Shown here: in pieces, positions 19,495-28,734 of the stretch
Layout of the letters: every line of letters starts with the position of its first letter
How positions within the stretch are numbered: the first letter of the stretch is position 1
Source of the DNA: an uncultured Bifidobacteriaceae bacterium
GTDB taxonomy: Bacteria > Actinomycetota > Acidimicrobiia > IMCC26256 > PALSA-555
Assembly: GCA_964555735.1 (NCBI GenBank)
Contig: CAZKTS010000114.1
Location: 1-58,635 of the forward strand
Reading direction: 5' to 3'
Length of the DNA: 58,635 nucleotides
Notes under the pieces: generated by a model
Told to the model about the DNA's origin: nothing
The model's input: only the letters and a program-made list of their open reading frames with translations
The model's database searches: none
Program-made: the position numbers and the translations under genes

Positions 19495-22400
19495 GTGCCG
19501 GATGCCGACGACGGGAAGCTCTTCGATCACCTCATCGAGGAGTTTGGTCATGCTGGGCGCAGTTCGGTCGAGTTCCTCAGGACGGCGGCGAGCTACCTCG
19601 AAGCAGCCGACCCCGCCACGCATCCGCGGGTCGCCGAGACCATCGCGTATTGCACGAGAGAAGCTCTCAAGCGGATCCTCGACACCGTTGAAACGCCGCC
19701 CGGGGGGACACTGGGATCCGCCTCGCGAAGCGTTGTCGCCGCTCGTGATCGCTATCTGATCGCGCAAGGACTGCCAGGGGCCGATGAGGCTGGTGCGCTC
19801 GACGATCTCCTTCGTGCCATCGATGAGCTTGAAGAAGGCCGACAACAAGAAGGCGTCCACCAGCGCCGACTGATCGCGGTACTGGTTAACAGAACCGGCG
19901 CGGTACCGCTGTCGGCAGCGTCCAACCCGATCAGCGAGTACCAGGAGCTGATCGAGCATCTCAACCGCATCGTGCATGAGCACGGGAGTCTCGACGAGGT
20001 ACAGGGCGCGTTCGAGCACGCGATCGCACTGATCCGTCGGCTCTTCGCACCTCCCGATGTTCGGATGGCAGAGCTCGACGCGCTCTCCGCTCTCGCAGCG
20101 CCGACGACTGCCGATGCCGACCGGCTACTGAGCTTGGTCTCGGCATCTAGCCACTTGGACTACTTCTTCCGAAACGCTGTGAGCCCGTCCTGGCTGACGC
20201 TGCTGTCGGACAGCGAGGTTCTGACGCCTCCCGATGGGCAAGCCAACTGGCCGGTGTTCCGCGCCGTCGAGAAGTTGGGTCCGACGCACGCCGACGAGGT
20301 TGGTGCCTGGCTAGATCACGCTTACGACAAGTGGGGTTCTTCGGCAACGCGCGCTTGGTATATCGCCCGCGCCGCGATTGACTTGGGACCTGCAGGTCAT
20401 GATGTGATGCTTCGTGCGCTGCGGGATTACCCGACCGAAGGATCGGTCAACTTCGTCGCTGCATGGGCGCTGGAGGAGGTCGATGCCGGTGACCGCGTCG
20501 TGGAGGCCGTCGCAGACCTTGCGCTCAATGCACTTAACGACTTCTCGGTGACGGGACATCTCAAGACGCTCATCGACAAGCTCGGTTCAGGTGTCAGCGC
20601 TGACAATTGGCGCGACAGGGTTCGTCTCCTTGCCTTCAAGATCCGGGCCGTCCCTGAGGATGATCCCGGTCGAAGAATCCGTCTCTACGAACGCGCCGGC
20701 TCGATCGCCGAGCCAGTTGACGCGTATGACGACCGACGGTTCGCTGTCCTTCTCGGGGGCCTAACTGAGGTGTTGACGCGTGCCGTCGGATTGGGTGTGT
20801 CGTTCGACGATCTCCTCGAGTCGATCGCGGATCTCCCGCAGGACGTTCGGGATCGCCTCCGGCCGTGGATCCTGGGCCAAGCGCCGGACGTGAGTTCCTC
20901 ACGGTTGATCTCGGAGGTCGCCGACTTCGTCGCAACTCGGCACCCCTGCGGAGACGACCTCGCACTGATTGACCGCGTTATTGAGGATGCTGAGGAAGTC
21001 GAGTACGTCGGGCCGTGGAGAACCGCGCTCGGTCCCGCACCAACGCCGGAAATGATCGGTCCCGCGCTCGCCGAGCACACGGTTCCTGACGAATGGTTCG
21101 CGCGGCGGGAATGGTCTGCTGTCCTTCCATCGCCTTGCCCGAGCGAATGGGCGAAGGCCGGTGCCCTCATCGCCGCCGCGTACGGGCAGGCAACACGCGA
21201 GGCGCTCGAAAAGCGCTTCGACCGCGTCGAGTTCAGCACCGGCCGAAGTCCGTTTAGGGATGAAGAGTTGAAAGGGCTCACACCACGCGACGCCGCGATC
21301 ACGATCGCGAGGTGGAGGCCTGACCCATCAGACTGGCTCGTTAGCGCTGGCGAACTCGCGCGAACCCTTGAGCAGCTGGTCAAGGAGAATCCCGAGGCGT
21401 GGACCGAGTCACCACTCGACACGGTGAGCAGCCTGCGACACCCGACGTATATCGGTCGCTACTTCCGCGCGCTCTCCCAGGTTGATGGGGGCCTTGCCGC
21501 CCGAGCAGACGACTTGATCGAAGCGGTCGTCTTTTGCCGGAGCCACCCCTGGCAGCCGGAGGTGCTCGGCAGAGATGACTTCGACTACGACGCCGACTGG
21601 CGCCACGTTGATGCTGCAGGAGTCGATCTGATCAAGAAGCTCGCGAATTCGGATGCGGGCTTCGGCGACCGCATCGAACAAGCCTGGGCGGTGGCACTTG
21701 AAAGCGCGGCGGATCGATCAACGAGCTCGTCTCTGGTTTCCGATCGAGATCCGCTGGAAACAGCTTTCAACCGACCGTGCACGAGTGCGCTCGAAGCGGT
21801 CTTCGCCCTCATGGGATACGAGTATCGATCTTCGGGGACAGTGCGAGTGGACGCGCTTGCGCTCCTTGACACTGCACTCAGGCTTCCGGAATGGGATGGA
21901 GCTGAGCACCGGGCCGTGATCGCACCGCGGCTCGGTTTTCTTCTTCACATCGCGCCTGACTGGGTTGCAGAACGACAGGAGTTGCTCTTCGGATCGAGCG
22001 CGCCTGACGGACTGGGGCAGCAGACCGTCGACCTCGCGGTGAAGTGGGGTCGACCCCAGCCATGGGTCTTGGAGCACACCCGGGGTCAGGTCATCGATGC
22101 GGCTGCCCGCGATGTCGAGAACGCCATGAGCACGCTTCTCATCGGGATGCTGTGGGACGTTCCCGGCTACGACGTCGATTCAATCGTTGACCAACTGGTC
22201 AGTCGGCGCAGCGACCTGCTCTCGGCCGCAGGCGAAGCGCTGGGAAGGCTCTTGCGTCATGATGACGTGGAGCCGAAGCATGTTGAGCGGGGGGTCGAGT
22301 TCTGGCGTGGTGTCGTCTCTCGGAATGATCCGGACGCGATGTCCGGCTTTGGGTGGTGGGCCGAGGTGAAAACTCTCGACCGCGAGCGATGGGAGTTGCT

Positions 22401-22674
22401 CACGCTCGCAAGTGCCGAACTCGCTCATGGCCGCTTGGATTGGGCGCACGAAGTTGCCAAGCGCGCGGCGGATGAAGGCATCACGGAGACGGGCCTCGCG
22501 ATCCTGAATGAGCTTGTCCGCGGTCAGGTCGACGAATGGGATCGACTGCAGGTCATGCAGACGGCGCTAACAGCTCTCAGCGTCGCCGCTGAGGCCCACC
22601 GCGAGTCCGACGCCTTTGGGCGCCTTCGTACGTCACTGATTGAGCGCGGGTTCTTCGACGCACGCGACGTCTAG
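19495..22674 (+). CDS. large hypothetical protein: N-terminal HEPN-like/pPIWI-associated-nuclease-like domain plus long alpha-helical region
   Basis: ORF 19456-22674 with likely GTG start 19495. N-terminal IAYCTREAL and LNRIVH motifs; no Walker A/B seen. Family call is tentative. Confidence 0.55.
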   Translation: MPDADDGKLFDHLIEEFGHAGRSSVEFLRTAASYLEAADPATHPRVAETIAYCTREALKRILDTVETPPGGTLGSASRSVVAARDRYLIAQGLPGADEAGALDDLLRAIDELEEGRQQEGVHQRRLIAVLVNRTGAVPLSAASNPISEYQELIEHLNRIVHEHGSLDEVQGAFEHAIALIRRLFAPPDVRMAELDALSALAAPTTADADRLLSLVSASSHLDYFFRNAVSPSWLTLLSDSEVLTPPDGQANWPVFRAVEKLGPTHADEVGAWLDHAYDKWGSSATRAWYIARAAIDLGPAGHDVMLRALRDYPTEGSVNFVAAWALEEVDAGDRVVEAVADLALNALNDFSVTGHLKTLIDKLGSGVSADNWRDRVRLLAFKIRAVPEDDPGRRIRLYERAGSIAEPVDAYDDRRFAVLLGGLTEVLTRAVGLGVSFDDLLESIADLPQDVRDRLRPWILGQAPDVSSSRLISEVADFVATRHPCGDDLALIDRVIEDAEEVEYVGPWRTALGPAPTPEMIGPALAEHTVPDEWFARREWSAVLPSPCPSEWAKAGALIAAAYGQATREALEKRFDRVEFSTGRSPFRDEELKGLTPRDAAITIARWRPDPSDWLVSAGELARTLEQLVKENPEAWTESPLDTVSSLRHPTYIGRYFRALSQVDGGLAARADDLIEAVVFCRSHPWQPEVLGRDDFDYDADWRHVDAAGVDLIKKLANSDAGFGDRIEQAWAVALESAADRSTSSSLVSDRDPLETAFNRPCTSALEAVFALMGYEYRSSGTVRVDALALLDTALRLPEWDGAEHRAVIAPRLGFLLHIAPDWVAERQELLFGSSAPDGLGQQTVDLAVKWGRPQPWVLEHTRGQVIDAAARDVENAMSTLLIGMLWDVPGYDVDSIVDQLVSRRSDLLSAAGEALGRLLRHDDVEPKHVERGVEFWRGVVSRNDPDAMSGFGWWAEVKTLDRERWELLTLASAELAHGRLDWAHEVAKRAADEGITETGLAILNELVRGQVDEWDRLQVMQTALTALSVAAEAHRESDAFGRLRTSLIERGFFDARDV

Positions 22675-22710
22675 TTCAGCGCGGGCTGTCGGCATACCGA
22701 GCCGCCCGTC

Positions 22711-23703
22711 TCACTCGTCGTCTGAGATGTCGTCGTCATCGCCGGCGCCCTCCGGTAGCGGAGGTATTCCGCCCGTGGCAGCTATGGCCGCGCGCAGACG
22801 CGCCTGCGTGTCCTCGAACCACTCTTGGTACTCGAGCCATTCGTCACGATCGTCTACGGATTCGCCGCCGTTCCGCTTGATCCCAACCCGGCAGCCCTTT
22901 CGCGTCGGGAGATCGTCGAAGATCAGTGGCTCCCCAAACGCTTCCTCAATCTCCTTTTGTCGCGCGTCGAGAACCTGCCATCGCGCCAGGTTGACCGCTG
23001 GCTGTGCATGATGGAAGAAGAGCTCCGAGAGAAGGCCTTCCGTTCGAAATGAGACGCCGTACCGCGCCTTCCGCGCACCGGACGGCAGGTACAAGAAGTG
23101 CCTCGGTGGTGCCTTTCGGTTCGTCCACGATTGCTGCTTCACTCGCTCCAACCACTCAGTCCAGAACTCGAGATACATCTCCTCGCGCTCGGACGTCTCA
23201 GCCGTCGCCTTCTTGACGGCCTTGCCCCAATCGTTGGGCTTGACAACGACATCGAGAAGCGGAGCAACGAGTCCAGAAGGGGCGCCTTCGAGCGTGACCG
23301 CCTGCAACTCGACCCCGAAGAAGCGCGTCAGGGCATCGGTCCGCTGATTGAGCCAGTCGAGCGCGGCGCGGTGTTCGTCGCGGAACTGCTCCGCGATCCA
23401 TACGACGGTCGTGGGTTCAGTGCCGCCTGCATAGGTGAGAAGTTGTCCAAGGTGGCGATGATCTGTAGGACCAAACTGATTCTCAACTATCACGATCTCG
23501 TCAGCGGTTACGTCGCGGCCAACGAGATCCAGGCTGAAACCACCCACTTTGTGCTCGGCTGCCTCGAGTTCTAGGTCGATACCAAGTGCGTCGCCCAGCA
23601 CCTCGGCATTGGCGAGCAGCCACGGCGTGAAACTCGATGCCTCCATCGGCCAAACGTCGCGCACGGCGACGGGGAGCAGCCGCGAGAGTTTCGGTGAAGT
23701 CAT
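22711..23703 (-). CDS. DUF4268-domain protein with N-terminal NucS-like endonuclease-fold domain
   Basis: VRDVWPMEASSFTPWL, LDLVG...VIVENQFGPTDHRHLGQLLTYA, C-terminal YLEFWTEW...EIEEAFGEPL...RKGCRV. Confidence 0.8.
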   Translation of the reverse strand: MTSPKLSRLLPVAVRDVWPMEASSFTPWLLANAEVLGDALGIDLELEAAEHKVGGFSLDLVGRDVTADEIVIVENQFGPTDHRHLGQLLTYAGGTEPTTVVWIAEQFRDEHRAALDWLNQRTDALTRFFGVELQAVTLEGAPSGLVAPLLDVVVKPNDWGKAVKKATAETSEREEMYLEFWTEWLERVKQQSWTNRKAPPRHFLYLPSGARKARYGVSFRTEGLLSELFFHHAQPAVNLARWQVLDARQKEIEEAFGEPLIFDDLPTRKGCRVGIKRNGGESVDDRDEWLEYQEWFEDTQARLRAAIAATGGIPPLPEGAGDDDDISDDE

Positions 23704-23761
23704 AGTGGGACGCTATTCGGGTTGCTCGCTTGATGCCCGAGGAGTGCCCGCTTTCCGTGCG

Positions 23762-24916
23762 CTATCGCTCGAACACAGCGCGCGAGAACGCTGCGGCCGC
23801 GTCGGCTTGCATGCCGGGCAGCACGTGCTGATAGACGCTCATCGTGAACGCGGGGCTTGAGTGGCCGAGGCGTTCGCTGACGACCTTCACCGGGACGCCG
23901 GCTTGGAGCAGGATCGTCGCGTGGGTGTGGCGAAGATCGTGGAGTCGGATCCTGGGTAGCTCGCTCTTCGCGATGTGGCGTTCGAAGAGCTGGCTGAAGG
24001 AGTCGGGGTGAACCGGCGCCCCGTCGGGCTGCGCGAAGACGAGCGCTGACTCGTCCTCCCGACGGCCGACGAGGAGCTGCTCCTCGAGTTGTCGCTTTCG
24101 CCAGGTCCGGAGCACGGCGACGGTTCGCTCGTCGAGGTCGACGACGCGACGGCTGCTTTGGGTCTTCACGTCAGCGAGCTGGAGTTGGTACGCGATGTTG
24201 ACGAGTGCCTGTCGAACCGAGAGTCGCTGGCCTTCGAGATCAACGTCCTGCCACCGGAGCCCAAGCACTTCGCCGCGTCGCATGCCGGTGTTCGCTGCAA
24301 CGAACAGTGCGGGGTAGAGGCGATGGTCCGACACCTCGTCGAGGAACTGTCGGAGTTGCTCGGCGGTCCACGCCCGCATCTCGGGCTTCCGGGTGGCTGA
24401 CGGCTTCGGTGGGTCGGCGACATCCGCGACATTCCGAACCACGGTGCCCTTACGGTGAGCGTCGGACAGTGCCTTGCGCAGGATGCCGTGGATGTAGCGA
24501 ACTGACTTCGGAGCCAACCCGCCGCCGGCACCGTTGAGACGGCCGTCGCGGAGGAGATCCGCGTAGAAGCCGTCGAGGTCTTCGGCCGTCAGTCGCTGCA
24601 GCGGAATCGAGCCGATGCGCGGCACGACGTGGTTCTTGATGTTGCGCTCGTAAGAGTCGAACGTCGATGGTCGCAGTTGCGCCCGCTTGCTCGGTAGCCA
24701 CCGCTCGGTGAGGTAGTCGCCGAGCGTTGTCCGTTCGGGTGCCCGGTAGTCGCCATCGTGCTGGCGCTTGACCAAGTCTCCAAGGACACGCTCCGCCTCC
24801 TTGCGAGTCCCTCCGCCTGCGTACCAGCGGTGGCGAGGCTTTCGGGTCGCGGGATCGAGTCCCTCGTAGATGACCGCGTAGTACCGCTTGCCCTTCTTGG
24901 CGATGTGTCCGCGCAT
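23762..24916 (-). CDS. int: tyrosine recombinase / integrase
   Basis: TGMRRGEVLGL (R), HDLRHTHAT (H-x2-R), LGHSS (H), VYQHV (Y); N-terminal arm-binding-like segment. Confidence 0.96.
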   Translation of the reverse strand: MRGHIAKKGKRYYAVIYEGLDPATRKPRHRWYAGGGTRKEAERVLGDLVKRQHDGDYRAPERTTLGDYLTERWLPSKRAQLRPSTFDSYERNIKNHVVPRIGSIPLQRLTAEDLDGFYADLLRDGRLNGAGGGLAPKSVRYIHGILRKALSDAHRKGTVVRNVADVADPPKPSATRKPEMRAWTAEQLRQFLDEVSDHRLYPALFVAANTGMRRGEVLGLRWQDVDLEGQRLSVRQALVNIAYQLQLADVKTQSSRRVVDLDERTVAVLRTWRKRQLEEQLLVGRREDESALVFAQPDGAPVHPDSFSQLFERHIAKSELPRIRLHDLRHTHATILLQAGVPVKVVSERLGHSSPAFTMSVYQHVLPGMQADAAAAFSRAVFER

Positions 24917-25141
24917 GCCGCCTCCCGTGTGCCGGACCGTGCTGCCTGGTTCGCTCGCCGTTCGGTGTCGCTCGGTTCGCCGATCCCAGCGTTGCTGACA
25001 TCTCGGCGCGCTCCTCCAAGGACACGCTGCTGGTCAGTCAACTACCGAGGTGTGACGCCGGCCACCGCCGTTTCGCGTGTCGGATTCGTCGCTCTCGAGG
25101 TGCGTTGGGGTGGTGTCACGAGCGATGCCCGGGAGGCCCTG

Positions 25142-25489
25142 ATGTCCACGCCCCAGCCTGACAACACCGACTTCCTGACCGTGGAAGAGGCAGCGCGCGT
25201 GCTGCGTATCGGCCGCACCGCGGCATACGCCCTTGCACGCATCTGGCGCGAGACCGACGGTCGGGAGGGACTGCCGGTCGTCCCCTTCGGCCGCCTACTC
25301 CGGGTCCCGCGAGCTGCGCTGGAGGCGATCTCGGGCGCGCCGATCACGCCACCCGCGCCAACGAACGTGCCAGCGCAGGCCCGGGTCGAGTCGCGGGGGG
25401 AACCGCGGCTACCTGCGGGTCCACATCGAGGCCGTCATCGACGCACTCGACGCGTCGATCCCGATCAGGCCGTTCTCCCGCTCGACTGA
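25142..25489 (+). CDS. xis: excisionase-like HTH protein
   Basis: FLTVEEAARVLRIGRTAAY...FGRLLRVPRAAL; divergent from int; RBS GGAGG. Confidence 0.8.
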   Translation: MSTPQPDNTDFLTVEEAARVLRIGRTAAYALARIWRETDGREGLPVVPFGRLLRVPRAALEAISGAPITPPAPTNVPAQARVESRGEPRLPAGPHRGRHRRTRRVDPDQAVLPLD

Positions 25490-25543
25490 GCAGCACGATG
25501 CCTGTCCTCGCCGCGACCCGCCTGTCCTTTCCAACTGACGCAC

Positions 25544-25606
25544 TTGCACCTGGGGTGCGGGGTGTCATTCCGCGCGTCCTCGGGAGTGTCCTCGCGTACG
25601 CGAGGA
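25544..25606 (+). other. putative oriT
   Basis: Hairpin GCACC-TGG-GGTGC followed by GGGGTGTCATT resembles the R388 TrwC substrate as I recall it (GCGCACCGAAAGGTGCGTATTGTCT). A perfect 18-bp palindrome TCCTCGCGTACGCGAGGA lies at 25589-25606, immediately upstream of the relaxase. Confidence 0.6.
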
Positions 25607-25631
25607 GTCACAGAGGGAGTGGGGTGGGGAG

Positions 25632-28169
25632 TTGCTGAGTCTCGGGAAGCTCGCGCCGGGCCAGCAGGGCTACTACCTCGACACTGTCGCGCGCGGCGCG
25701 GAGGAGTACTACACGGGTGCGGGGGAGGCGCCGGGTCGATGGGTCGGCGCGGCTGCCGTCCGGCTCGGGCTCGAGGGCGAGGTCGACCCGCAGGCCCTTC
25801 ACTTGGTGCTGGAGCACCGTGACCCGCGAACAGGCGAGCCGCTCACTCGGGCGCAAGGGGCGGCCCGGGTCCCCGGATTTGATGCGACGTTCTGCGCGCC
25901 GAAGTCCGTCTCGCTCCTCTTCGCGATGGGCGATGAGCGTGTCTCACGAGAGGTCCGCGAGGCACACGATCTCGCGGTGGATCGGGCGCTCGGCGTGCTC
26001 GAAGGGGAGGCCGCTCGGGCGCGGCGGGGGAAGGGCGGCGTCGAGCAAGTCGCCGCCGACGGGTTCGTCGCCGCTGCGTTTCGGCATCGCACGTCTCGGG
26101 CCGGCGATCCGCAGCTGCACACCCATGTCGTGGTCGCGAACCTCGTCCACGCACCCGACGATGACCGCTGGTCAGCGCTCGATGCCCGGCCGTTCTACGC
26201 GTGGGCCAAGACCGTCGGCTACCTCTACGAGACCGAGCTGCGCACCGAGCTGACTCGCCGTCTCGGCGTCGCGTGGACCACGACCCGCAATGGGATCGCA
26301 GACGTCGCGGGTGTACCGGCGGAGGCGATCCGGGCGTTCTCGCAACGCCGCCAGGAGATCGAGCTGCACCTCGAACGCGTCGGGGAGAGCACTGCGCACG
26401 CGGCCCAGATCGCCGCCTACGCCACCCGCCGCACCAAGACGACCGAGCCGGAATGGAGCATCACGGAGTGGCACGAACGAGCAGCCCGGGCCGGGCTCGA
26501 CGACCAAGCCATCACGAACGTCCTCGGCATGGGCGCGACGGTCGAGCCACCCACCCCGGGTACTGACGTCGCGGATGCGCTGTTCTCTGCGCTCGCGAGT
26601 CCGGACGGGCTGACATCGAGCCACTCGACGTTCGGTCGCCGCGACGTCATCCGCGCTCTGTCTGAACGGTGCCCGCCCGGCACCACGATCGGTCATGTCG
26701 TCGCGCTGAGCGAAGCGTTCCTCGCCTCGCCGCACGTGATCGCCCTCGGCACCGGCAACGGGCTGACGACATCGGACGTGATCCGACGCAGCGATGGCCG
26801 CATCGTCGCGACCGGAACCGACCAAGCCCGCTGGACGACGCCCGAGCTCCTCGCGATCGAGGCCCGACTGGTCGAGAGCGCAGGCGACCGACGCAACGAC
26901 AACGTCGCGGTCGCGGACCGCGAGCAGACCTCGCGAGCCGTTCGGGCTCGCCCGTCACTCGGTCCCGAACAGGTCCAGCTCGTCCGACGGATCACATCGT
27001 CGGGCGCGGGCGTCGACATCGTCGAAGGCGCCGCCGGAACCGGCAAGACCTATGCGCTCGACGCTGCACGCGACGCTTGGGAAGGCTGCGGCCACCGAGT
27101 CCGCGGCTGCGCGCTCGCGGCTCGTGCTGCGGCCGGACTCGAGCGCGGCTCGGGGATCCCGTCCCAGACGATCCACCGTTTCCTTCGCCAGCTCGACAAC
27201 CCACGTGGCGACGCGCTGCGAGCCGGCGACGTGCTCATCGTCGACGAAGCCGCCATGGTCGGCACTCGGGTGCTCGCCCAACTCCTCGACCACGCGGAAG
27301 CCGCCCGAGCGAAGGTCGTCCTCGTCGGCGACCACCACCAGCTCCCCGCCATCGATGCCGGCGGCGCATTCGCTGGGCTTGCTCAACGACTCGACGCGAC
27401 ACGGCTCTACGACAACCGCCGCCAAGTCGAACCCTGGGAGCGCCGCGCCCTCGCTCGTCTCCGCGTCGGAGCCACCCAACGCGCCATCGCCGCCTACCAA
27501 GAGCACGGCCGAATCAAGGTCTCACCCACGCCCGACCTCGCCCGCGAGCGACTCGTCGAGGACTGGCTCGACGCCCGACGCGCCGGGCACGTCGTCACGA
27601 TGCTGGCCGCACACCGCAGTGACGTCGACGAGCTCAACCGCCTCGCTCGCGAACGACTCCACGCCACTGGATTGCTCCCACCAGACGAAGCCGTCATTGC
27701 CGACCGACCGTTCGCCGTCGGCGACGACGTCATTGCCACCCAGAACGACTACCGCCTCGACGTGCTCAACGGCACCCGCGGCGTCATCACCGCGTGCGAC
27801 TCGCTCCAGCAGGCGATGACGATCCGCACCGACGACGACCGCAGCGTCGATCTCCCCGCTGAGTACGTCGTGGACGGCAACCTCACCCATGCCTACGCGC
27901 TCACCTTGCACAAGGCCCAAGGCATCTCGGTAGGCGAAGCGTTCGTCCTTGGGACTGAGGGCCTCGATCGCGAGCACGCGTACTCCGCTGTCTCCCGAGG
28001 AGCCGACGGCAACTGGCTCTATCTCAGTGAGGAGACCATCCGCGCTGAAGACGGCCACGCGCCCGAGGTCGAACCGGATGCCATCGAGCGCCTGGAGGCC
28101 GGACTTGGGCGGTCCACGGCCGACGGGCTGGCCATCGACTTCGCCGAGAGCATCGGCCTCGAACTCTGA
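25632..28169 (+). CDS. mobF: MobF (TrwC/TraI-like) relaxase-helicase
   Basis: GYY...EEYY catalytic tyrosines, FDATFCAPKSVS, HRTSRAGDPQLHTH (HUH), GAAGTGKT Walker A, IVDEAAM, LVGDHHQL, HAYALTLHKAQG; TTG start. Confidence 0.95.
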   Translation: MLSLGKLAPGQQGYYLDTVARGAEEYYTGAGEAPGRWVGAAAVRLGLEGEVDPQALHLVLEHRDPRTGEPLTRAQGAARVPGFDATFCAPKSVSLLFAMGDERVSREVREAHDLAVDRALGVLEGEAARARRGKGGVEQVAADGFVAAAFRHRTSRAGDPQLHTHVVVANLVHAPDDDRWSALDARPFYAWAKTVGYLYETELRTELTRRLGVAWTTTRNGIADVAGVPAEAIRAFSQRRQEIELHLERVGESTAHAAQIAAYATRRTKTTEPEWSITEWHERAARAGLDDQAITNVLGMGATVEPPTPGTDVADALFSALASPDGLTSSHSTFGRRDVIRALSERCPPGTTIGHVVALSEAFLASPHVIALGTGNGLTTSDVIRRSDGRIVATGTDQARWTTPELLAIEARLVESAGDRRNDNVAVADREQTSRAVRARPSLGPEQVQLVRRITSSGAGVDIVEGAAGTGKTYALDAARDAWEGCGHRVRGCALAARAAAGLERGSGIPSQTIHRFLRQLDNPRGDALRAGDVLIVDEAAMVGTRVLAQLLDHAEAARAKVVLVGDHHQLPAIDAGGAFAGLAQRLDATRLYDNRRQVEPWERRALARLRVGATQRAIAAYQEHGRIKVSPTPDLARERLVEDWLDARRAGHVVTMLAAHRSDVDELNRLARERLHATGLLPPDEAVIADRPFAVGDDVIATQNDYRLDVLNGTRGVITACDSLQQAMTIRTDDDRSVDLPAEYVVDGNLTHAYALTLHKAQGISVGEAFVLGTEGLDREHAYSAVSRGADGNWLYLSEETIRAEDGHAPEVEPDAIERLEAGLGRSTADGLAIDFAESIGLEL

Positions 28170-28202
28170 ACACCAGACGGTGCAGCGAGCCGAGCCGCTC
28201 TG

Positions 28203-28248
28203 GTCACAGTCATTGTGACTTGACATCACAGACGTTGTGGTTCATAGT
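28203..28248 (+). promoter_or_regulatory. sigma70-type promoter with twin palindromic operators
   Basis: TTGACA (28220-28225), 17 bp, CATAGT (28243-28248); palindromes GTCACA-GTCAT-TGTGAC (28203-28219) and ATCACA-GACGT-TGTGGT (28225-28241). Confidence 0.7.
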
Positions 28249-28254
28249 CAAGCC

Positions 28255-28734
28255 ATGCGAACGCACTTTCCTCACCGATCGATTCACCTGGTGGACATCG
28301 AGAACCTGCTGGGCGACGCCCGCCCGGGTTCAGACGCAGCTGCTGCCTGCCGAGCGCAGTATGAAGACGTCGTGGGCCGAGGGGAGGCAGACCTTGTGGT
28401 CGTAGCGTGCAACCACGGTGCAGCCGTCGATGTCGGACTCACCTGGTCCAGTGCCAGGTTGGCCGTTCGATCGGGGCCGAGCGGCGCGGATCTCGCGCTG
28501 CTCGAAGTGATCGAGCGCGAGCAGATCGAGTCTCGGTTCGACCGAGTGGTGATCGCCTCCGGTGACGGCATCTTCGCCGACGCGGCAGCGGATCTAGCCG
28601 GCCAAGGTTTGCCAGTGACGGTTGTGTCCCGACGCGCTTCTCTCTCCCGGCGCCTGCGCCTCGCGGCAACGGACGTGACGTACTTTCCTGTGCCGGGACC
28701 GCCGGATTGCGGTGTCTTCGAGGCGGTCGCGTGA
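28255..28734 (+). CDS. NYN-domain (PIN-like) predicted ribonuclease
   Basis: HLVDIENL, GADLALL, VIASGDGIF, GLPVTVVS, LSRRLRLAA; start ATG 28255 (GTG 28237 also in frame). Confidence 0.8.
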   Translation: MRTHFPHRSIHLVDIENLLGDARPGSDAAAACRAQYEDVVGRGEADLVVVACNHGAAVDVGLTWSSARLAVRSGPSGADLALLEVIEREQIESRFDRVVIASGDGIFADAAADLAGQGLPVTVVSRRASLSRRLRLAATDVTYFPVPGPPDCGVFEAVA

